The notes under the pieces were generated by a model. The model was not told where the DNA came from. It ran no database searches and saw only the letters and a program-made list of their open reading frames with translations. The position numbers and the translations under genes were made by a program. Below, in pieces: positions 1 to 10,600 of a DNA stretch of 64,000 nt. The DNA is from Geosiphon pyriformis uo1 (taxonomy: Eukaryota; Fungi; Glomeromycota): assembly GCA_016748015.1 (NCBI GenBank), contig JAAOMT010000436.1, positions 300,703 to 364,702 of the forward strand, written 5' to 3'. Every line of letters starts with the position of its first letter. Positions within the stretch are counted from its first letter, which is position 1.

Positions 1-651
1 GTTATCACATGTATTAGCCACTGATGTTATATAATTAGCCACCCTATTTTTAGATAGTAATCATTGACCTGATCAATGACCTGATTGTTGACCTAATCAT
101 TAATCTGATCATTGACCTGATCATTGATCTGGTTGTTGACCACTTTAGATAGCTATATAAGCGATGATTCCCTTAGCTGTAAAAAAACATGATCAAAGTA
201 ATGAAATAAACAATATCAATTACTTCCTCTTATAATCGCTTATTCCCCTTTCTTTACCTTCAAATATCTACTTGTTGGTATTTATCTTTTCCCCTTCTTG
301 ATTTGTATTTGTTAGAATTAGCCTAAAAAGCAATTGGCTTGTTCTTGTAATTCATTAAATAAAGAAATAATTAAAAAGTACAACAATACCTGTTATTGAT
401 TCTAAGAATCACTGAGTTAAGACATAGAATAATAGCAGTGGTGTTATCTTGTTGACAATCACGGACTATTCCTCTACCTTCAGATTTAAGAAAAGATTAG
501 CGACTGTGATTTTTATGAGACTGATCATGCATATTGAATTCCTACTTATTCAATTCGCTCCCTTATTGTAATTCCCTCTTTGTTTATTTCCATCACCATA
601 CAATACTGTTCTTCCTTGCTATCCATTAGCTTGTTACTCCAACCCATAAAA
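1..651 (+). repeat. Family A 5' LTR (truncated by window edge)
   Basis: Position 1 aligns to 6988; ends ..CCCATAAAA vs ..CCCGTAACA; 12-bp TTGACCTGATCA array, TATATAA at ~154. Confidence 0.95.
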
Positions 652-657
652 TAAAAG

Positions 658-673
658 TGGTGCTTTCTGTGAG
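658..673 (+). promoter_or_regulatory. Primer-binding site of element A
   Basis: TGGTGCTTTCTGTGAG just after the LTR; variant of TGGTGCTCCCTGTGAGG at 21877. Confidence 0.85.
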
Positions 674-703
674 ATTGTCAAAATTCACTTATTCCCTCAT
701 TGT

Positions 704-2248
704 ATGGGTAATTACTCATATCTGCCACAGCAATCAAAAGAACACTTTATAACACACAACAGAAATGATCTAAATTTCATTGAACTTAATCCTCTGCCCT
801 CCTGCTTGATCTGTTTCCCCCTTGAAGAACAATCCAGTAGACAATTCCAAGACTTTTGGAACTGGTTTCTGAACGAGCATTCAGCTGAAACCTACACAGC
901 TTATACGACCTATTACTTTGACCAAGCTTATTTTGAAAATGACTTTGAAGAAAGAAACAACAGTATCAATCAACTCTTATATTCTGCAACTTTTGAACAA
1001 CAGCCTCCTGATTTCGAATATCTGAATCATCAAATCCATATTTGGATTGCTGCCCATCAAGCAACTGAAACTCTTTTTGAAATAGAAAAAGAAAGTTACC
1101 AAACTGCTCCTGTTTTTAATCTTTTATCAAGTGAATTAGACTCGTCTACACAAACAGTTACTCCTGAACCAATGGCTAATAACCCCATGCAAGCAAACAT
1201 TCTGGCTGCCCTCCAAGGTATACAAACTGCTCTAGGAAGAAGAAACAATACACCACTACCACTATTTAGAGGTGATGCCCAAGATCCAATTGAATAGTTG
1301 GATGATTTTGAGAGAGCTGCCACAGCCAACCAGTATGATGAAAAATACAAGTTCCAAATCATTGGTGGCTACCTCCAAGGCTCTCTTGCTACCTGGTTTT
1401 CACAAGAAACAGATGCCAATACTCAACACAGAATAATCAGATTGACACCAATCAATGCTAAAGAAAAAAATACCTCTTTCACTACCTGATTTGAGGCCAA
1501 GTTCAGAACCCCAATATTAATATCCAAATGGTGCATGGAATTGGAAAAAAGAACCCAAGGCTCTGGAGAAGTAGTGACTGAATATGCCAAGGCTATTAGA
1601 AAGCTAATCAAACATGTAGACTCTGAGAGAAATTAGACAGAAGAGCAGAAAATTCACTCTTTCACAAAAGAATTGAAAACTGATCTATCATATGCTCTTT
1701 GGCTCCTTCTGGCCCTGAAAGATAATTCCACCATAGATATGGCCATTGAATTAGCACAAAAAATTGAAGATAACCAAAGGATGCACTTGGAATTCACACT
1801 ACCAGTTTTTGCTCCTGCTCCTGTTATGACTCCTGCCCCTCAAATGGCTGCTACTTCTTTTGCCACTCACACTCAAAATCCAAATGAACAGTTAATAAAC
1901 AGATTCACAGCAAATCTTGCCCGGTTATTAGAACCCTTAGCCCAAGCAGTCAGAGAAAATCAACAACCCCAAAGACCCAGATTTGAACCACACTTTAATC
2001 AGCCCCAGCAACCATCTTATCAAAGACAACAAAATCGTGGCCCACCTGTATGCTATTGCTGTGGATTAACTGGACACTTTTCAAGAGATTGCAACAATCC
2101 TCCACCAGTTTCCAGAAACAATGATGCTCAGAACAACAGACCCAACAACAACAATGTGCCCAACCAAAGACCCAATCATGCCAACATCAATTTCTTTAGA
2201 GAGGATCCCCTTGTTGAAACCACTGTTTATCAGTCTTTAAACTGGTAG
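704..2248 (+). pseudogene. gag: Gag of element A (capsid + CCHC zinc knuckle), in-frame stops
   Basis: ORFs 704/1298/1673 share one frame; PLFRGDAQDPIE(W)LDDFERAA capsid start; CYCCGLTGHFSRDC knuckle. Confidence 0.92.
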
Positions 2249-2278
2249 GCACACCTCCAAAGGGTGAGAGTGTAAGCC
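2236..2278 (+). promoter_or_regulatory. Putative -1 ribosomal frameshift signal
   Basis: T TTA AAC heptamer correctly phased two codons before the gag stop; -1 frame is open into the protease; GC-rich self-complementary segment follows. Confidence 0.7.
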
Positions 2279-2331
2279 AACCAGAAGAAAACCCTTTTTA
2301 CACTTTTAACTTAACTAAAGATGACCATGAC

Positions 2332-4911
2332 ATGAATGAATTAGCAATCAACCCCTCTGAATCCACAAGAAAGAAGAAGAAAGCCAAAGTTGATTTTGTT
2401 CTGGACCCCAATAAAGCTTTTACATTAACTGCTAACAACAATGAGCCCCCAAAAGCCAAAGTTTTCAAGAACTCTCCAAAGTTGGAACCCCCAGAAATAG
2501 TACAAAAATCCGGCCCCTATTCTGTTGTCAAAGATCTTATGGAAACCCCAGCACATATAACCTTTGGCCAATTGATGACCCATCCACAATTCAGAAAAGA
2601 TCTTTGCAAATCTCTGATTTCAAAGAAAAAGACACCCAAAACCAACAAATGCTCTTGCCAAGCTGGACTTGCTGACAATAGCAATGTCACTCCTCTAATT
2701 TGCAAAGCCCAAGTGGCTGGCTACTTTATTGATTTGATCCTAGACAGTGGATCATCTGTTAGTGTTATTGCTAAACACTTTCTTGAAGCAGTTGGCAGAA
2801 AAATTGATGAACCATCCACACAACCAATAACCAATGTGCATGGTGATAAGAAAAAAGGGCTTGGCATAGCCAAAGCTATTCTTGTTCGCATTAATGGCAT
2901 CAGCATTGAAACTGATATGGAAGTATCTAAAGTGAAAGAATACACCATCATTGTTGGCAATGAATGGCTCAAGAAAGCAAAAGCTTTGCTTGATTATGAA
3001 CTCTGTGAACTAACCATCAAATGTGGTGAAAAACCCATTGTGGTTAAGTGTTGCCATTAGACAACTCCCCCAGTACCCAAGCAAAGCCCAGAAGAAAATG
3101 AATCAGATGATGAAAAAAGTGAGGAAGAAGAAGAACAAAAAGAAACTGCTGAACTTGCTTATATCATCTTCACCAACAATAACAAACCATTGAATAATGT
3201 CAAGGCAAATAAAGAAGGAATCATTGTCAATAGCAAGCTGATCTGCTGGCCTTATTATGACATGCTCAGAAGAACCTTTGACAGAAAGCCAGACAAGAAA
3301 GCCAAATACAGTTATTGGTGGCATGGTCCTTATGCCCAGTGCTGGTGTGACAAACCATTGTATTTTCCTAGTGACGAATGCATGTCCTGTCTGATCTATT
3401 ACAAAGATTGGGAACCAATCAGCTTGATACCCTATGAAGAAATAAAAGAAGTCCAAAAGTCCTTTGAAAACAAACCACCTGAAATCCAATCACTAGTTGT
3501 AGAACAAAGAGAACCCTCTTCAGAAGAAAGAAAGATAGACATTGAAAACCTGCTGGCTAGAAACAGCCCAGTTATCTCAAAAGAAAGTGAACCTCCTGGA
3601 CGTACACATGTGATACAACACACTATCATTACCAGAGAAACTCACCCCATCCATTTGAAGTCCTATCAATCCAACCAGCACAATAATGAGTTTATCAAAA
3701 AAAAAATAACCTGAATGAAAAACCTTGGATTCATACAGAAAACCAAGAGTGAATGGGCATTCCCAGTTGTAGTGGTATCCAAGAAAGGAGGAATCTTATG
3801 CTTTTGTGTTGATTATCGCCAATTAAATGCCATTACTAAAAGAGACATGTACCCACTTTCCAAAATTGATGCAATGCTAGACCAATTCCATGGTGCCGCT
3901 TTCTTCTCAACCATTGACTTAACTGCTGGATTCTGGCAAGTAGAGATGGATCCAGAAAGCAGAAAGAAAACTGTTTTTATCACCAAGTATGGCACCTACG
4001 AATTCACAGTCATGCCTTTTGGTCTCACAAATGCTCCTCCCACCTTTCAATGCTTAATAGACAAAGTATTTGAATCAGTAAAAGAAAACTTTGTTCTAGT
4101 TTACTTGGACGACATAATGGTATACTCAAAAACCTGAGATGAACACCTTGAACATTTGCAAAAGGTTTTTGACCTCCTTAGAAATGCTGGCCTCAAGATC
4201 AATCTAATCAAATCATTCTTTGGATGTCAATCTATCCAGTTTCTTGGCCATCTTATTACAAAAGATGGAATCTTTCCTGATCCAGCCAAAATTGAAAAAG
4301 TTCAAAACATTAGACAACCAATGAATGTTTATGAACTACACTTTTTTCTTGGTTTGGCCTCTTATTACCGCAAGTTTGTCAAGAATTTCTCCAAAATTGC
4401 CACTCCTCTCAATCAGCTACTTAGGAAAAACATCAATTATCACTGGGGCACTCATCAACAAAAAGCATTTAAAATTTTGAAGGAAAAACTGGTTACAGAA
4501 CCCATCCTCATGCAACTTAATCTGGATCAATCTTTTATCCTCCATACTGATGCATCTGGCTATGGACTTGGTGCTGTTCTTTCCCAGAAAGACGAAGATG
4601 GCAGAGAACATGCCGTAGCATATGCCAGTAGAACTCTTACACCAGCAGAAAGGAACTATTCAGTCACTGAGCAAGAATGCTTAGCAGTAGTTTGGGCTAC
4701 CAGCTACTGGGACAAATATCTTAAGGGTGTAAAATTTTTGGTGGTAACAGATCATCAAGCTTTGGTTTGGCTATGCAATAAAAGAAATCTGGAACATAAA
4801 TGGATAACTCGCTGAATACTCCACTTGGATGAATTTGACTATGACATTCAACACTACAAAGAAGCTAATCATCAAAACACCGATGCTCTCTCCAAACTTA
4901 CCATCCAGTGA
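2332..4911 (+). pseudogene. pol: Pol of element A: aspartic protease - Cys/Trp insert - RT - RNase H
   Basis: LILDSGSS; VMPFGLTNAP, YLDD; TDASGYGLGAVL, EQECLAVVWA, VTDH; ends DALSKLTIQ then TGA TAG TAA. Confidence 0.95.
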
Positions 4912-4976
4912 TAGTAAAACTCTCTTAAACCAAACCAACACTATTATTTGTAACTCCCCCACAAACAAACACAATA

Positions 4977-6230
4977 ATGGACTTGGACAACTACTCTGTC
5001 TTAATGGAATTTTTGGGTAAAGAACAATACCTGCCGGACTATACTCGACAGCAAAGAAAACATTTGTGCAAACAATCAAATTTCTATTTGATTCGCCAGA
5101 ACCAGTTATATAAAAGAAATAGAAAAGATTCTGACTGCCCCCAGAGAGTCATCAGATTTGAAGAAAGAGAAATTGTGATCTACAATATGTACACTAATCC
5201 ATTAGCTGGACACTTTGGAAAAACAAAAATGATCCAGAAAACTTTAGCTCGCTATTATTGGCCTACCTTGGGAAAAGACATTGCTGAATACATCAAAACC
5301 TGTAATATCTGCCAAAGAAAAAGAAAACCCAATCGCAAGGAAGATATCCACCCGATCTCTGTTGGTCAACCATTTGACAGAATTGGTATAGATGTTGTTG
5401 GACTTTTAACAGTAACTCCTGATGGCAACAGATACATTATTACAGCTACCAACTATCTTACAAAGTGGGTAGAAGCAAGAGCCACCTCAGATCAAACAGC
5501 AGTCTCAATTGCCAATTTCATTTATGAAGATATTATCTGTCGCCATGGCTGCCCCAAAGAACTTTTATCTAATAGAGAAAGAGCTTTTCTCAGTACACTG
5601 GTTGAAGAACTTTGCAGAAAAATGGGAATATGTCATAAACTCTCTTCCTCTTATCACTCTCAAACAAATGGCCTAGTGGAATGTTTTAATAGAACACTAT
5701 GTGAAACCCTAGCCAAAACCAGTGAAGAAACCAACCTATGGGACAAAGTATTGCCTTCAGCTTTGTTCGCCTACAGAACTGTGAATCATGACATAACAAG
5801 TTATGAACCCTTTTATCTGCTCTATGGACAAATAGCAACTCTACCAATAGAAATGAATATAGAAACAATACCTTTTGAAGAAATAACAATAGGAGATTAC
5901 AAGGACATTTTGCAAAAAAGACTTGGTATCATTCTTGACTCATTGGTAAAAGCACGGATAATTGTCTTTGAAAAGATAAAACAGTTCCAAGAGAAGCTCA
6001 AAAAGAAAAAAACCTATAAAACACTTTCCTTAAGTGTTGGTGACTTAGTTTTGGAATACTATTCAGACAGAGACAATGTCTATGGTGATAAATTCTTCAG
6101 CTACTGGAAAGGACTTTTTATAGTCAACAAAGTTTTGAACAATGATTCATATATCCTACAAGATCAATATGAAACAATATTCAGTGATCGCTCTGTTCAT
6201 GGCACACGACTCAAGAAATATCACAAATGA
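4977..6230 (+). CDS. Integrase of element A, separate ORF, no chromodomain
   Basis: GHFG/RYYWP/CNIC zinc finger, IGIDVVG, QTNGLVE catalytic region, WKGLF GPY/F-like module; own ATG in a different frame from RH; some conserved residues decayed. Confidence 0.9.
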   Translation: MDLDNYSVLMEFLGKEQYLPDYTRQQRKHLCKQSNFYLIRQNQLYKRNRKDSDCPQRVIRFEEREIVIYNMYTNPLAGHFGKTKMIQKTLARYYWPTLGKDIAEYIKTCNICQRKRKPNRKEDIHPISVGQPFDRIGIDVVGLLTVTPDGNRYIITATNYLTKWVEARATSDQTAVSIANFIYEDIICRHGCPKELLSNRERAFLSTLVEELCRKMGICHKLSSSYHSQTNGLVECFNRTLCETLAKTSEETNLWDKVLPSALFAYRTVNHDITSYEPFYLLYGQIATLPIEMNIETIPFEEITIGDYKDILQKRLGIILDSLVKARIIVFEKIKQFQEKLKKKKTYKTLSLSVGDLVLEYYSDRDNVYGDKFFSYWKGLFIVNKVLNNDSYILQDQYETIFSDRSVHGTRLKKYHK

Positions 6231-6331
6231 CCTGATTGGTTATCTGTTGTGGTAATACCGACCCAAATGATCAGCAAAAATCAGATATAAATAAATGCAC
6301 TATTTCCAAAACAGAGGTATCTTCAATTGAC

Positions 6332-6988
6332 ATGAACAATTATTTCCTGGATCAAAACATTCAAAACGCTTTCTATACTCTCCATGAGTACTGGATCAAG
6401 AACTATCCAAATGCTATTCTGACTATCAGAAAACAAACCACCATAACAGACAACAGTGAAACTCACACTGTTATCAGACCAAAGAAAACAACTACCAGAA
6501 GAGAAAGAATTGGTGACAAAATGGATAAATACTTGCTGGAAAGCATAACAGCAGTAATACTTTCACCTTCCAGCACAATTGGAAAAATGATACAAAAAAT
6601 CTTGCCCATAGACAAAAACTTGTCATATGGAAGACAACTAGAACTCTATGGTTGTCTTGGTGAAATCATAGAAGATATGAAGCTCATAAAGAAAACAACT
6701 TCAGAGATACAAGAGGAAATTTTGGGCATTATATGATTGGATGTCCCAAGAGTTTTGACCATTGCTAAAAGAGCCAGAACTCTTATACAAAGATTTGGTC
6801 TCTTGGATACAAAACTTATTTCACCTCAAGTATTATATACCCTATCCACAAAAGACTTCAACAAACTAGTTAGTTTTGAGTTAGACAAAACCCTTCACAT
6901 AGACTATCTCATAAATAACTTGATTTTGCCAGAGCTTAATCTCTTTGAAGAGGATGATGTTATGGTTGAAACCCATAGTTTTTATTAG
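6332..6988 (+). pseudogene. Accessory ORF3 of element A (~218 aa, unknown function, one internal stop)
   Basis: ORFs 6236-6736 and 6737-6988 are in frame, split by a TGA (likely TGG); runs through the PPT into the LTR. Confidence 0.75.
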
Positions 6989-7602
6989 TTATCACATGTA
7001 TTAGCCACTGATGTCATATAATTAGCCACCCTATTTTTAGATAGTGATCATTGACCTGATCAATAACCTGACCATTGACCTGGTCATTGATCACTTTAGA
7101 TAGCTATATAAGTGATGATTCCCTTAGTTGTAGAAAAACATGATCAAAGTAACGAAATAAACAATATCAATTACTTCCTCTTATAATCGCTTATTCCCCT
7201 TTCTTTACCTTCAAATATCTACTTGTTGGTATTTATCTTTTCCTCTTCTTGATTTGTATTTGTTAGAATTAGCCTGAGAAGCAATTGGCTTACTCTTGTA
7301 ATTCATTGAATAAAAAAATGATTGAAAAGTACAATGATATCTGTTATTGATTCTAAGAATCACTGAGTTGAGGCATAGAATAATAGCAGTGGTGTTATCT
7401 TGTTGACAATCATGGACTATTTCTCTACCTTCAGATTTAAGAAAAGATTAGCAACTGTGATTTTTATGAGACTGATCATGCACATTGAATTCCTACTTAT
7501 TCAATTCACTCCCTTATTGTAATTCCCTCTTTGTTTATTTCCATCACCATACAATACTGTTCTTCTTTGTTATCCGTTAGCTTGTTACTTCAACCCGTAA
7601 CA
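6958..7602 (+). repeat. Family A 3' LTR (645 bp)
   Basis: TGTTATGGTTGAA...TTCAACCCGTAACA terminal inverted repeats; preceded by GAAGAGGATGA. Confidence 0.96.
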
Positions 7603-10600
7603 ATAGTACCCTATGAATTCCAAAAATACTCATAGTTCAGTTAGATTGATGGATACTAAAAAGGATTTTACTACTTTAATTTTATCTGGATCTGTTTTAA
7701 TCCTCTCCTTGCTTATAACATGTCCCAAAAACTTGAGTTCTGTCTTGCCAAAAAAACACTTGGTTGCATTTATTTTTAATTCTGCTCTTTTCAGTCTTTT
7801 AAACACTTGCTGGAAATAATGAAAATGATCATCAAATGTTTTTGAAAACACATTGGTGTTATTCAAATACACAACTACTGATTTCTATAGCAGTCTAGTG
7901 TAAACAATTTCCATTAACCATTGGAATGTGGCTGGTGTATTGGTTAAGCCAAATAACATTACTTCAAATTCAAAATTTTTTTCTTTTATAGTAAATGCCA
8001 TTTTCTTTTTATTTTCTGAATTTAGGGCTACTTGTCAATAATTACTATCTAGATCTAATATTAAGAAACATTTCTTTTCTCCAAAAGCATTGAATAATTT
8101 CTGAATTTGTGGAGTTGGATAACTGTTTCTACAAGTTACACCATTAAGTTTTCTGTAATCCACACAAAAGTGGATTTTTCCATTTTTCTTATGAACTAGT
8201 ACTACTGGTAATAACCATAGGCTCATTGATGGCTGAATTAGCCTATTGTTTAGCATCCAATTAATTTTTTAACAAATGATCTTATGGCTGATTAATAATA
8301 TCCAATATGCTCTTTACTTAATTGGCATTGTATCTTCAGTCTTGATCTGATGTTGGATTATGTCAGTTCTGCCAAATTTTTTTTCACTTGCAAAGATGTT
8401 GGTAAAGTTGTTGAGTAATATTTTGAGTTGTATATGTTAAAGTGGATTTAAGTTTCTCATGTTTATTTGTTTTAATTGTTCTGGTTAAAGCAAATAATAT
8501 TCATTCCTTCTATAGATGGTTTGTGATATTATGTTGACATATCCACACAGTTGTAAAAAGTTTGGAATGGAGTTTGGTGGTTGGTTTTTGATTCCAGTGG
8601 TTAAATATCCAATGGTGGTTTCTTCTGATATCTCAATAACATTTCCCATGTTGTTGTAAATGGAAATTTTGATGTAACTGTAGTTTTTGGCTGATATATG
8701 TAAATTGACTAATCCAATTTTTTCTGATTCACAAAGTGTTGTTTCTGCTTCAAAAATTTGAACCTGATTCTTTATTTTTCTCTCTATAGTTAACATTTAC
8801 TGATTATATAATAGAATGAAAATTAACTAATGGGTAAAGATAATTTCTCTCTTGTCAATAACTTTTTTCTCTATCATGTTAACTGATATGTCTATTTTTC
8901 CAGTGAATTCAAATCCACTAATTCTTTTAGCTGTAATTTCTAATTTTTTCTGGTTTTCTACTAATACTAACTAAGCTATTTTAACCAAAGACAGAAATAT
9001 TGCCTGTGCTATTTTTTCATTTGGTTCTATAATATAGGCCTTTTCTGAATTATTTTGTAGCATTGCAATAATATTTTCTACATATCCTGCATCAATTATT
9101 TCTTTTCTGATATTGATTTTCTTTTTTGCTAAACTACTCTTTAATACTAGTTGAATTATTATTGTTGTTGCTAGAATTTCCAGTATTAATTTAAGATCAA
9201 TGCTTATATGTGAATGTGGTTCTAATTTGATGACATCTTTTCTTGAATATCTTAAATCAAACTTGGCATCAGTATCATGTACACATTCTGGCATAATATC
9301 TTTATTATTATTGTTGAACTATTTCAGTTCCTGCTTCTTGGTGAGATCAGAAAGTGCGATATATTGTTCAAAGTTTGAATTATTGTTATTTTAGTTGTCA
9401 TATTGAATAGAACTAAAACTGTTATTATCATTGTTATTGTCAGAGTTTGAATCGTAATTAAACTGTAATTCTAATTTTGATGTACAGCTGCTGATTGGTT
9501 CTTTTTCTTTGGAGATCATGTAGATTATGCATATTGGTGGATTGTACATGAGATCATACTTATAACAATATTGGAAATCACATGAAATTAAACAGTAATC
9601 ACATAATTGAGTGTTTAGTTGTGTTAAACATTACTCTTGTTCTTCTCTTGTGAGTGCTAAATTCTGATAGTGTTTATGAAACTCCTTTGAACCTGTTTCT
9701 ATGTCAAAAAAAGTGTCTAGGTTTGAGATAAGGACAATGTTAACTGGTTCTAAAGAATTATTTTTTATCTCCAAGATTTTGCTGGACATGACTCCTTTGA
9801 TCTTGGCATTTATTATTCACCAAATCTTATCTTTGTTATGTGAATAACTGTCCAAGCAAGAGATTGCTTGGTGCCAGACTGCAATAATAGGTGTCTTATG
9901 ACTTATCCAGTTGCTGATGAGGATCGTGTACTGACATGAAGTGTTATATGTTTCTTCTTAACCAGGAATGTCATTTTATATTCTTTTGTCAAGCAACTAT
10001 TCTTTACATGTGAAAGATGGTTTATTGTCCCACTTTTTTTGACATTTGAAGTAACTGTAGCATTTGTGATGACAAGACTTGCAATAATAATGGGTTCTTG
10101 TCCAATGGTTTTTATCAGATGCAATTTATGCTCCCATGGAAAACAGTTTTTTTTTGTAGTCTTTACACTTGAAGGGTATATATGGTGGTTTTGGTCTGGT
10201 TTTAGTGGAATACAATCTTTCCTAGCCACTAGTTTCTTTAATAGCTATTTTTTTCTGTGGCTTTTTTTCAAGTAGGTTTTTTTTTTTTTTTCTTTTTATC
10301 TTCCCAGAACAAAATTGGTAATAGCTTGTTGTAGTCTTTATTAGCCCAGAAAACTTGGTAAGCTTCCAAGTAGGTTTTTTTTTTCTTCCAGTTTAATCAA
10401 TGGTTGTTCTTTTTTTAAAAGAGCTTTGAAATGTCCACACATGACTGATGCTTAAATGTGTTGACTATTTTGACTAAGCTGAAGCTCCTGTGTAGTTCAA
10501 TTAAGTATAGCATTGGTTTTGGATAGCCAGTTATTACCAATAAAAGTCTAGTATTGTGTGGCTTCCATTACCAAGACTTTGATTAATACAATGATGTCAT

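Larger units (their letters stand above)
1..7602 (+). mobile_element. Ty3/Gypsy LTR retrotransposon, family A, essentially full length (first ~30 bp outside window), pseudogenised
   Basis: Matching LTRs at 1-651 and 6958-7602; PBS at 658; order gag(CCHC)-PR-RT-RH-IN-ORF3; purine tract before the 3' LTR. Confidence 0.96.

Noticed and set aside
7603-7606. Element A flank ATAG as support for CpG targeting
   Set aside because: Corresponds to conserved Tyr-Tyr codons of RT, so the centre was TA ancestrally; other side of the TSD is outside the window
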